Virus record (IMG/VR): IMGVR_UViG_3300032321_000847
Span: 1 to 31,957 of that record
DNA from: a virus
Lineage: Duplodnaviria; Caudoviricetes
DNA length: 31,957 nucleotides
Reading direction: 5' to 3' (one strand)
Under the pieces are notes generated by a model. That model was not told the DNA's origin, ran no database searches, and was given only the letters and a program-made list of their open reading frames with translations. Each line of letters begins with the position of its first letter. Position 1 is the stretch's first letter. This document shows positions 7,199 to 14,405 of the stretch, in pieces. The translations under genes were made by a program, and so were the position numbers.

Positions 7199-7408
7199 AT
7201 GGCGACCAAGACGATCGAGCAGGATGCGGCGGAGACGATCGACGCAGCGGGCGCGGCAGGTGGACTCGAGGAGGTCCGCCGACTCGCGGAGCTCGGCTGG
7301 CCCGAGAATCGCGGCCTGGACGGCGACTCGCCCGAGCTTCGCGCCGCGATCCAGGCAGAGGCGCAGCGACGCGTTGCCCGAGCGGACGCGGCAGACGCGG
7401 ACGCCTGA
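7199..7408 (+). CDS. Small acidic hypothetical protein
   Basis: Purine-rich leader; TGATG overlap with the next gene. Confidence 0.7.
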   Translation: MATKTIEQDAAETIDAAGAAGGLEEVRRLAELGWPENRGLDGDSPELRAAIQAEAQRRVARADAADADA

Positions 7409-7629
7409 TGCCTCGCCGCCGCAAGCCCAAGCCCCGCACGAGCGGCCCCACGCAGCCCGAAGACAAGCGCAAGGCCAAGCAAGTGCTACTGCGCCTCGCC
7501 CCCGACGTAGCAGCCCGCCTGAGGGCCATCGCGGGGCCGCGCGGGGTCAGTGCGTGGGTCACGCGGGCGGTCTTCCTGTCGCCAGAGGACGTGTTGCGGC
7601 TGCTCGACGCGCCCGCGGAGAAGCCCTAG
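7408..7629 (+). CDS. Probable ribbon-helix-helix DNA-binding protein
   Basis: KQVLLRLAPDVAARLRAIAGPRGVSAWVTRAV fits a beta-alpha-alpha Arc/CopG pattern; basic N-terminus. Confidence 0.6.
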   Translation: MPRRRKPKPRTSGPTQPEDKRKAKQVLLRLAPDVAARLRAIAGPRGVSAWVTRAVFLSPEDVLRLLDAPAEKP

Positions 7630-8768
7630 CCCGCCATCCTGACGACCGCGCCATCGACGACGGCGGCGCGGTCCACGATGGCGACAGGCTGCACCACGAC
7701 GCGCCCGCCCACCACGACGCCAAGGCCGAAGCCGTGCGACCAGTCGCGGGCCTTCTTGCTCGCGTGCATGTAGTCAGCGCCGTCCGCCGCGCCGAGCCAC
7801 CCGCACATCGTGGCGGTGAACCGCTCGCCTAGCGCGTTTCCAAACGCCACCTGTCCGATCCTATGGGTGTGTCCGATCACGACGCTCCCCATGAAGTCCG
7901 CCGCGCTCCGCTGGTGTGCCCATGCCCCCGCGTGCCCGGTCTCGTGCGTGACCCACAAGTCATGGATGCGCAGGTGCTCACGGTACGGCGTCCAGGACCA
8001 CCCGCGCTCGGCAAGGCGGAGCAGTTCGGGCAGCTTCACGCTGGCGAGAAGGGCCGGCGCCTTGCTCCATAGGTAACGCGTCAAGCGGAACTCATGATTG
8101 CCCTCGATGTAGTGGCGGTGCGTGGCGCCGAGCGCGTCGAGCTGGTCTAGGAGCCCGTTCGCGATTTGCAAATCGTGGTCGATGCTCGTGCGCCGCTCCG
8201 GCGAAGTGTCGTGCGAGCTGACCTGCATGAAGTCGAGGAAATCTCCAAGGATGACGATGCGTGTTGGGCGGAACCTGCGGGCTGCCGCCATCATGACGCC
8301 CCAGGCGATCGCGTCGTGAAAGGGCGCGTGCGTGTCGGGCACGAAGAGGATGCGCTCTACCGGCTCCTCCACCGTCCACCCGACGCCGGGAGCCGCCGTT
8401 GGCTCCTCGTTATCCGCAGGTCCGCCGAGGTCTACGTATACGGGGATCTCCCCGCTGGGCAGCGTTGGCGGCGGCTCGTCGTACATCCCGAGGCACTGCG
8501 CCTCCGCTGCGAGGTCGTCGACCACCTCGACGGGCGGCCTCGAGTGCGGGCCGGGCTCGTACGGCGGCGCGAGGGCGGCGCTGAGGTCGTCTCGGATGCG
8601 AACGCCGACGCGGTCCAGCACCTTGCGCGCGCCGTCCCACGTCTCCCCGAGCTGGGCGAGCTTGGCTAGCGCGTCGTGGTAGGTGGCTGACGAGCGCACG
8701 GCGTCGCGGATGCGTCCGACTCGGGCGAGCTGCGCGTCAGTCCTGGGGCTGCTCGTCGCCATCGTCAT
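7626..8768 (-). CDS. Calcineurin-like metallophosphoesterase with N-terminal extension
   Basis: Motifs PDTH, GDFLD, GNHE, TH and GHTH are all present. Confidence 0.9.
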   Translation of the reverse strand: MTMATSSPRTDAQLARVGRIRDAVRSSATYHDALAKLAQLGETWDGARKVLDRVGVRIRDDLSAALAPPYEPGPHSRPPVEVVDDLAAEAQCLGMYDEPPPTLPSGEIPVYVDLGGPADNEEPTAAPGVGWTVEEPVERILFVPDTHAPFHDAIAWGVMMAAARRFRPTRIVILGDFLDFMQVSSHDTSPERRTSIDHDLQIANGLLDQLDALGATHRHYIEGNHEFRLTRYLWSKAPALLASVKLPELLRLAERGWSWTPYREHLRIHDLWVTHETGHAGAWAHQRSAADFMGSVVIGHTHRIGQVAFGNALGERFTATMCGWLGAADGADYMHASKKARDWSHGFGLGVVVGGRVVVQPVAIVDRAAVVDGAVVRMAG

Positions 8769-8916
8769 CCTCCTCCTCGTCCTCGGGCCAGATGACGTCC
8801 GCGAGCTTCTCTCCCAGCCTTGCGCCCATGGCCTTCACGAGCGCGAAGGCGCCCACGAGTGCCGCGCGGCGTAGCAGCCGCCCCACGTCGCCCTTCGCGT
8901 GCATCGGTACGAGCAT
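8737..8916 (-). CDS. Small protein with hydrophobic core and acidic tail
   Basis: SD GAGGAGG; TGATG coupling to the lysozyme stop. Confidence 0.6.
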   Translation of the reverse strand: MLVPMHAKGDVGRLLRRAALVGAFALVKAMGARLGEKLADVIWPEDEEEDDDGDEQPQD

Positions 8917-9590
8917 CAGCCCTCCTCGCTCGGCGGGTTGCCAAGGTCGCGCTTCGTCTCCGGCTCCGCGTTGAGGTCTCGCGGGAAGTAGAGCCTGTCG
9001 GGGTCCCAGTCGTTCCGCGCCACGGTCTCCGCGTTCCGGAACAGCAGGCGGTTGCGCACGTTGCGAGGGGCCACGCCGGGGTTGCCCTTCTCGCTCATGC
9101 CGCACTCAACGGCCATCAGGGAGAAGTTGCGGCCGCGCTGCGCGGTGTGGAACATTGGCCACGAGAACCCGGGACCGAGCGCCCAGCACATCGACAGGAT
9201 GCCGAGCTGCGCGTCAGCGGGGAACGCGTTCGCGTCAGGGAAGCGCGCGCTGTAGTGCGCCCACATCTGGTCTGCCTTGCTCGTCACGAGCCGGCGCACG
9301 TCGGCGTCGGCGAGCCTGAGGCGCGTGATGTGCTCGCACGCGCGGTGCCCCAGGCGCGCGAGGCTCTTGTCGTTCTTCACTCGCATCCACTCGGCGGTGA
9401 TGTCCGCGTTGGACGCGCGCTTGCCGGTGCCCTTGTCCACCCACGGTAGCGGCAGCGCGTAGGCCACGGGGTCTACGAGGTTGCCCACTCCGGTGGTGAC
9501 GAGGCCCTTTACGTCCGCGTACATCCACGGGACCACGCCCTCTAGCGGCGCGCTGAAGTCGTAGAACGCATCTCGTACTGCCTGACGCAT
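8916..9590 (-). CDS. Endolysin, T4-lysozyme-like (GH24) muramidase
   Basis: LEGVVPWMYADVKGLVTTGVG has E, D(+9), T(+15), the T4 lysozyme triad spacing; SD AGGAGG before ATG 9590. Confidence 0.85.
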   Translation of the reverse strand: MRQAVRDAFYDFSAPLEGVVPWMYADVKGLVTTGVGNLVDPVAYALPLPWVDKGTGKRASNADITAEWMRVKNDKSLARLGHRACEHITRLRLADADVRRLVTSKADQMWAHYSARFPDANAFPADAQLGILSMCWALGPGFSWPMFHTAQRGRNFSLMAVECGMSEKGNPGVAPRNVRNRLLFRNAETVARNDWDPDRLYFPRDLNAEPETKRDLGNPPSEEG

Positions 9591-9601
9591 CGTGCCTCCT
9601 G

Positions 9602-9784
9602 TCAGCAAACCCGCCACGCGAACCGGATCAACTCCTGCAACGCCTCCATCGGCGTCGCCCCTGCCGCGAGGTGCGGCACCCGTAGAGACGCCGTCGTGCA
9701 CGTCCACCCGTCTGCGGTGGCGGTCCACGTCAGCCTGCGAAGGCCAAGTAGATCCGCCTCGTAGAGCAGGTCCGCAAGGGTCAC
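9602..9784 (-). CDS. Small hypothetical protein (weak HicB-N-like motif GATPMEAL)
   Basis: GTGA overlap with the upstream gene; 60 aa. Confidence 0.5.
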   Translation of the reverse strand: MTLADLLYEADLLGLRRLTWTATADGWTCTTASLRVPHLAAGATPMEALQELIRFAWRVC

Positions 9785-9948
9785 GAGCCTACGATGTCGC
9801 GGCGGGCGTCCTCGTCGATGGCCGCGCGGATGAGCCTTGCCGCGATGGCCTTCTCCTGCTCCGGGTCGCGATTCGGCTCGCGCACGTAGCGGTACAGGTC
9901 GAACAGTGGGCCAGCGATGCCGGCGAGGAATCCAAGGAAGTCGCTCAT
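9781..9948 (-). CDS. Small hypothetical protein (MSDFLGFLAGIAGPLFDLYRY...), possible lysis accessory
   Basis: Read from the sequence (55 aa); SD GGAGG; ATGA overlap with the MTase stop. Confidence 0.65.
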   Translation of the reverse strand: MSDFLGFLAGIAGPLFDLYRYVREPNRDPEQEKAIAARLIRAAIDEDARRDIVGS

Positions 9949-11519
9949 GCTGCCTCCAGTCTGCGCTTTGCAATCTCGACGAAGTCCGGCTCGCGCTCGA
10001 TGCCGACGACGGCGGGCCAGCCTGCGCGCAGCGCGCCGATCATCTCCGAGCCCGAGCCCGCGAACGGCACAAGGATCGCGCCCGGCTGCGGCGGCATGAT
10101 GAGCCGCGCAAGGTACTCGCAGAGCGCGAGCGGCTTGACCGTCGGGTGATGGTTGCGCATCGGGCGACGTTCCGGCTCGCGACCCATGCGCAGATCGGGA
10201 AGCGTCCCGTAGCCGTGCGCTTCACTCGACGCCTTCGCGGGCAGCCCCTCGCAGCCGGCGTCGCGCTCGCTTCGCGAAGCCTTCGCGCAGTAGAAGAAGC
10301 GAGAGGCGCCGCCACCTTGGAGCACGACGCGTTCGCGCCCGTCCCATCCTGACGTCCCGCCGTTGTATCCGATCGAACCGTTCGCGCGTGCGGGGCGTTC
10401 GCCGGGGCGCCGCTCCCCCGCCTGCTCGTCCAGCGCCGCCGCGACTTGGCCGTCGAGGATCACGTTCGCGGGCCAGCGGCCTTGCGATGCTGGTGCAGGA
10501 TGCTCACATTCAACGCATGCGCGGGCCAAAGCATCCCAACTGGCGTGGTGGTCGACACATCGACACGCGTGGCTACGTTCAAGTGCTGCAGCCAGATGGC
10601 TCCTACGAGCGAGAGCATCGTGTCGTGATGCAGGCGGCGCTCGGAAGGCGTCTGGTAGCTGGCGAAGCAGTTCACCACCGTAACGGCGACAAGACGGACA
10701 ATCGCCTAGAGAACCTGGAACTAACGACGAGCAGTGAGCACACGCGGCTGCACTGGCAGAACGGTGAGCTTCGTGCCGCGCACATTCAACGGCCGACCGT
10801 GACGTGCCCGGAGTGCTCGCAGCGCGAGCCGCACTACGCCAAAGGCATGTGCCGGCGCTGCTACAAGCGGTTGCAGATGCGACGCCTGTCTCAGAAGTGA
10901 TTCGCGTCGCATCGATCGCCAGCGCGCCGACGCCCCACCGCGCGACGTTCTGCGCGACCGTGCCGTCGAGCGGCTTGCGCGCGAGGACGTAGGGCTCGTG
11001 CGCGGGCTTTAGCGCGGTGCCGTAGCCGGACCAGAGGCGGGCGGCGTCGGTCGCGGGGGCGGTCAGCAGCGTAGAGCAACGCGCATCGTTAGGCTCTCCC
11101 ATCGCGACCGTCGCGGATCTTGACGCTGACCTGACGTAGCCGTCTGGGTTCGGCCTGTAGCCGACCACTTCCCGCTCTGCCCCGGCCGCGTTGTCGATCG
11201 CCTTCGACACGTCCAGCGACTTCGGAAACCCCGAACCGTACATCCAGGCGATCGAGTCGCGGATCTCCCATCCGGCATCCTCGATGCGGCAGACGCCCCG
11301 GTGATAGGTGCGCGTGCCGAACGACGCGAGCAGCGGCGCACCGGGCTTGCACACGCGCAGGACTTCGGCCCAGAGCTCGACCGAAGGGACGTCGTAGTCC
11401 CAGCGCTTGCCCATGAAGGCGAGCCCGTACGGCGGGTCGCAGAGCACCGCGTCGTAGGTGTTGTCAGCGACCGAGCGGAGGACGTCCACCACGTCGCCAA
11501 GGAGCACGCTTGCCGTCAC
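9945..11519 (-). CDS. Phage DNA N6-adenine/N4-cytosine methyltransferase (beta-class motif order) with a ~140-aa insertion
   Basis: CDPPYG near the N-terminus, WMYGSGFPKS, ALKPAHEP, GRWPANV, ASRFFYCAKAS, HPTVKP, and PFAGSGS near the C-terminus. Confidence 0.93.
   Translation of the reverse strand: MTASVLLGDVVDVLRSVADNTYDAVLCDPPYGLAFMGKRWDYDVPSVELWAEVLRVCKPGAPLLASFGTRTYHRGVCRIEDAGWEIRDSIAWMYGSGFPKSLDVSKAIDNAAGAEREVVGYRPNPDGYVRSASRSATVAMGEPNDARCSTLLTAPATDAARLWSGYGTALKPAHEPYVLARKPLDGTVAQNVARWGVGALAIDATRITSETGVASATACSSAGTCLWRSAARAASTPGTSRSAVECARHEAHRSASAAACAHCSSLVPGSLGDCPSCRRYGGELLRQLPDAFRAPPASRHDALARRSHLAAALERSHACRCVDHHASWDALARACVECEHPAPASQGRWPANVILDGQVAAALDEQAGERRPGERPARANGSIGYNGGTSGWDGRERVVLQGGGASRFFYCAKASRSERDAGCEGLPAKASSEAHGYGTLPDLRMGREPERRPMRNHHPTVKPLALCEYLARLIMPPQPGAILVPFAGSGSEMIGALRAGWPAVVGIEREPDFVEIAKRRLEAA
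10487..10900 (+). CDS. HNH endonuclease nested antisense inside the methyltransferase gene
   Basis: HPNWRGG, EHRVVM...LGRRL...VHHRNGDKTDNRLENLEL, and C-terminal CPEC/CRRC. Start is ATG 10487 or 10517. Confidence 0.92.
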   Translation: MLVQDAHIQRMRGPKHPNWRGGRHIDTRGYVQVLQPDGSYEREHRVVMQAALGRRLVAGEAVHHRNGDKTDNRLENLELTTSSEHTRLHWQNGELRAAHIQRPTVTCPECSQREPHYAKGMCRRCYKRLQMRRLSQK

Positions 11520-11752
11520 TTCCCACCCCCAAACCCGTGGCGCCGGTCCACCTCGTCAGCACACCGCGTGTAGACCGCAAGCGACCCTGCATCCTTGCCC
11601 TCGGCCTTGCAGTCAACGAGCTGCTGGCGGTAGACCGCGAGGTCCGCCGCTGCCTTGAGCCTGTCGGCCTGCGTCGGCTGCGAGAGCAGCGAGCAGGACG
11701 TCAGCGCGCCGCCCGTCACGAGCCACGCTAGCGCGAAGCCTGCGAGCCTCAC
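11516..11752 (-). CDS. Lipoprotein, candidate spanin component
   Basis: Signal peptide with lipobox LTS-C; adjacent to a holin-like gene. Confidence 0.65.
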   Translation of the reverse strand: MRLAGFALAWLVTGGALTSCSLLSQPTQADRLKAAADLAVYRQQLVDCKAEGKDAGSLAVYTRCADEVDRRHGFGGGK

Positions 11753-11916
11753 GGGTCCACCTTGGGCGCCTGCGCCACGCTGGGCACGAGCAGCAGGGAC
11801 AGGCCCGCGATGGCCTGCTCCCAGGTCACCTTGCCGAGGTTCAAGGCTACGAGCACGCCGACGAGGGCGATCACGTTGAGCAGAATCGTTAGCTTGTTGC
11901 GGTCAATGCTACTCAT
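11749..11916 (-). CDS. Putative holin (two hydrophobic segments, 55 aa)
   Basis: LTILLNVIALVGVLVALNL and AIAGLSLLLVP segments. Confidence 0.6.
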   Translation of the reverse strand: MSSIDRNKLTILLNVIALVGVLVALNLGKVTWEQAIAGLSLLLVPSVAQAPKVDP

Positions 11917-12211
11917 CGCGATCTCCCCGGGACTCGCGCCCCTCCATGCGGTGTCGGAATGCGAGCAGGTCGCGGATGTCGGACGTGTTCTTGCCCACGA
12001 CCTTCTCAAGCTGCTCGATCGCCTGCTTCATCAGCCCAAGCTCCGAGAGCTTGTCCCTCATGGCGCGCATCTCGACGACGGCCTCGGTGAGTTCCTTCTT
12101 GGCCGAGTCGATGGCTCCGAAGAACGAGCCGAGCCGGAACGTCGCCGCGAGCACGGTCGCCGCCAAGGTGAACAGCGCGCCGACCAGCCACTTCAGGTCA
12201 TCATGTCCCAT
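11909..12211 (-). CDS. Membrane-anchored coiled-coil protein (lysis-associated)
   Basis: N-terminal TM (WLVGALFTLAATVLAATF) followed by heptads. Confidence 0.65.
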   Translation of the reverse strand: MGHDDLKWLVGALFTLAATVLAATFRLGSFFGAIDSAKKELTEAVVEMRAMRDKLSELGLMKQAIEQLEKVVGKNTSDIRDLLAFRHRMEGRESRGDRDE

Positions 12212-12720
12212 CACCACTCCTCCGGTCGTGCGATGGTCGGGTCGACCCACGTGGTCACCTTGGTCGTGGGGCTTCTCGGGTCGCACGACGCAGTCGCGTA
12301 CGGCTCCAGCCGCGCGCCGAGCTTGCGCCCGTCGTCGACCAGTGCCGGAAGCCTGCCGACGTAGCCCGCTTCGCGGAGGTCCTTCACGACGCCATCCAGG
12401 CCGACGCGCACGGCCTTACCGGTGCAGCCCGCCACGGACTCGCTGCCAGGCTTCCAGGGGTCGACCTCGGCAGCGCCGAAGATGACCGCGTCATGCGCCG
12501 GGATGAGGTGCCGCGTGCACGCCTCAGCGAGGCGCTGCGAGCGTGGCTCCTCGTCGACGCGTTGGAGGTACTGCGCGACCGCGGTGCAGACCTGCGCCGC
12601 CACGTGGACGGCGCTGGCGAGCTCGAGGACGCACGCACGCGCGTCGGTGGGGTCCAGCGGCACACGCGGAGGTGTGCAGCCGGCGAAGCATAGAGCCAAG
12701 AGTGCGAGCGCGGCTCGCAT
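12211..12720 (-). CDS. Lipoprotein of unknown function
   Basis: MRAALALLALCFAG-C lipobox; several additional Cys. Confidence 0.7.
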   Translation of the reverse strand: MRAALALLALCFAGCTPPRVPLDPTDARACVLELASAVHVAAQVCTAVAQYLQRVDEEPRSQRLAEACTRHLIPAHDAVIFGAAEVDPWKPGSESVAGCTGKAVRVGLDGVVKDLREAGYVGRLPALVDDGRKLGARLEPYATASCDPRSPTTKVTTWVDPTIARPEEW

Positions 12721-13979
12721 CAGACGGTCACCCCGTAGCGGGTGGCCACATAGCCGCGGAACCTGACAACATCGGCATCGGTAATGCTCGCGGCGATGAA
12801 CAGCTCAGCGAGGCGACCGTCTAGGTAGTTGTTGACGCTTGCGTTGGCCTGACCGACGGTCATGATCGCGCCCGTCGTCAATCGTGAAGCTGCCGCAGTC
12901 GTCCCTGTCCACGCGCCTCCATTGACGGCGACGGCGGTGTTTGTCCCGTCGTACCGTGCGCGCACGAGTGACCACGCGCTCGTTGACACCGCCGCGGGGC
13001 TGGCAGTCTGCTTCCAGGCGCCGTCATAGTGTGCAACGCCAATGCCAGAAGACGAAAGACCGACACCGAAGCCGTAGCTGTCGGCGACGATGCCGGACCA
13101 GTCGTAGACGTTTGGGAAGACGCCAGACGAAACGACCGTGCGCGGGAAGACGAGCGCGATCACGACGTAGCCCGCGACGGGGGCGAGCACGTCCGCGGCG
13201 ACACCCGAGACGAGGCGCGATGTCGTGCCGTTGAAGTCGGCGGTGTCGTAGCCGTTCAGCGCGGCACCGACAGAGGGCGCCACGCCAGCTGAAAGCGCGC
13301 GGCCTCCTGAGCTGCCCGCGCTCGCGGTCCCAGACCACGGCGCGCCCGCGTAGGCGGCGCGCTGCCAAGAGTTCGCGGTGAGCTGCGCCGGGGACCAGTA
13401 CTCAAAGGCGCTCGCGAGCGAGCCCGTGCCGCCGGGCGTCGTGACGGCCACGGTGACCAGGCCCGCCGCGCGCGCGGGAGCGACGCACGTGATGGTCGTG
13501 GGCCCGACTACGACGACCGAGGTGGCCGCCGTGCCGCCAAAGGTGACGCCGGTCGCGCCCGTGAAGTCCGTGCCGGTGATGGTGACCGGGAAGCCGCCCG
13601 CGATGTCGCCGACGCTGGTCGAGATTGCGTTGACGACGGCCGAGACCGTGGGAGCGGAGCTCGCGTAGGTGAACGCACCGGCCTTGGTCGACTGCCCGCC
13701 GAGCGTGATGACCGAGACATCTACGACGCCAGCACTACCTGCTGGCGTGGAGGCCTGACACTGCCGCGAGCCCTGACGGACTACGTTCGCGCAGTCCACG
13801 CCGCCGACGAGCACGCGCGTAGCCGAGTCGAGCAGGTTGCCGCGTAGCGTGATGGTGGTGCCGCCAGCCTGCGGGCCGGTTGCAGGCGTGACGCTGTCGA
13901 GCAGAGGCATCGGAGCGAACGCCGCCGCGCCACTGTTCATCGCGCTCCGCGCGCGCATCCACCAGAGGAGCTCGCGCAT
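12720..13979 (-). CDS. Virion adhesin: two IPT/TIG Ig-like domains plus a C-terminal LamG/ConA-like domain
   Basis: VTPATGPQAGGTTITLRG and GDIAGGFPVTITGTDFTGATGVTFGG repeats; WSLVRARYDGTN...VNG...LDGRLAELFI. Confidence 0.85.
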   Translation of the reverse strand: MRELLWWMRARSAMNSGAAAFAPMPLLDSVTPATGPQAGGTTITLRGNLLDSATRVLVGGVDCANVVRQGSRQCQASTPAGSAGVVDVSVITLGGQSTKAGAFTYASSAPTVSAVVNAISTSVGDIAGGFPVTITGTDFTGATGVTFGGTAATSVVVVGPTTITCVAPARAAGLVTVAVTTPGGTGSLASAFEYWSPAQLTANSWQRAAYAGAPWSGTASAGSSGGRALSAGVAPSVGAALNGYDTADFNGTTSRLVSGVAADVLAPVAGYVVIALVFPRTVVSSGVFPNVYDWSGIVADSYGFGVGLSSSGIGVAHYDGAWKQTASPAAVSTSAWSLVRARYDGTNTAVAVNGGAWTGTTAAASRLTTGAIMTVGQANASVNNYLDGRLAELFIAASITDADVVRFRGYVATRYGVTV

Positions 13980-13982
13980 GGC

Positions 13983-14402
13983 TCAGGTCTGCTGCGTGAA
14001 GAACGCCGTGTAGGCCGCGATGTCGTTGGCCGCCGCAAGCGTCAGCGTTCCGGCCGTGCTGCTTATGGCGACGCTCATGCCGAGCGGGCAGACGATGCCT
14101 CCAACTGCGGCTAGGTCGATAACGCACTCTCCTGACGCCGGGAGTCGCTGCACGTAGACCGGCACATCTGCGGCGACTGCCACAGTGGCCTTGTTGTGGA
14201 CTTGAATGAAGTACACCGTGGCACTCCCGTTTACGACGGTGAGCCTATAGAGGCGGGAGCCCTTACCTGCGGTGCCTACCAGGACACCCGCGGTCCCGAC
14301 ACCAGCGCCGGATTGCTGTCGGAACGCGTCCGCGCGAGGCCCGCTGAACGCGTTGACCTGGCCCACATCGACACGGCCGATCGGCCAAACACCCTCGCTC
14401 AT
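13983..14402 (-). CDS. Probable virion beta-rich protein
   Basis: Position between the ejection proteins and the adhesin; composition. Confidence 0.65.
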   Translation of the reverse strand: MSEGVWPIGRVDVGQVNAFSGPRADAFRQQSGAGVGTAGVLVGTAGKGSRLYRLTVVNGSATVYFIQVHNKATVAVAADVPVYVQRLPASGECVIDLAAVGGIVCPLGMSVAISSTAGTLTLAAANDIAAYTAFFTQQT

Positions 14403-14405
14403 GAG

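Noticed and set aside
9602-9784. HicAB toxin-antitoxin pair
   Set aside because: Only a weak HicB-like motif, and no HicA-like neighbour.
10482-10901. Intein or group I intron in the methyltransferase
   Set aside because: The nuclease is on the opposite strand, there is no His-Asn/Cys-Ser-Thr junction, and the HNH ORF leaves almost no room for a ribozyme core.
12720-13400. Diversity-generating retroelement target in the adhesin
   Set aside because: No reverse transcriptase or template/variable repeat pair seen in this window.
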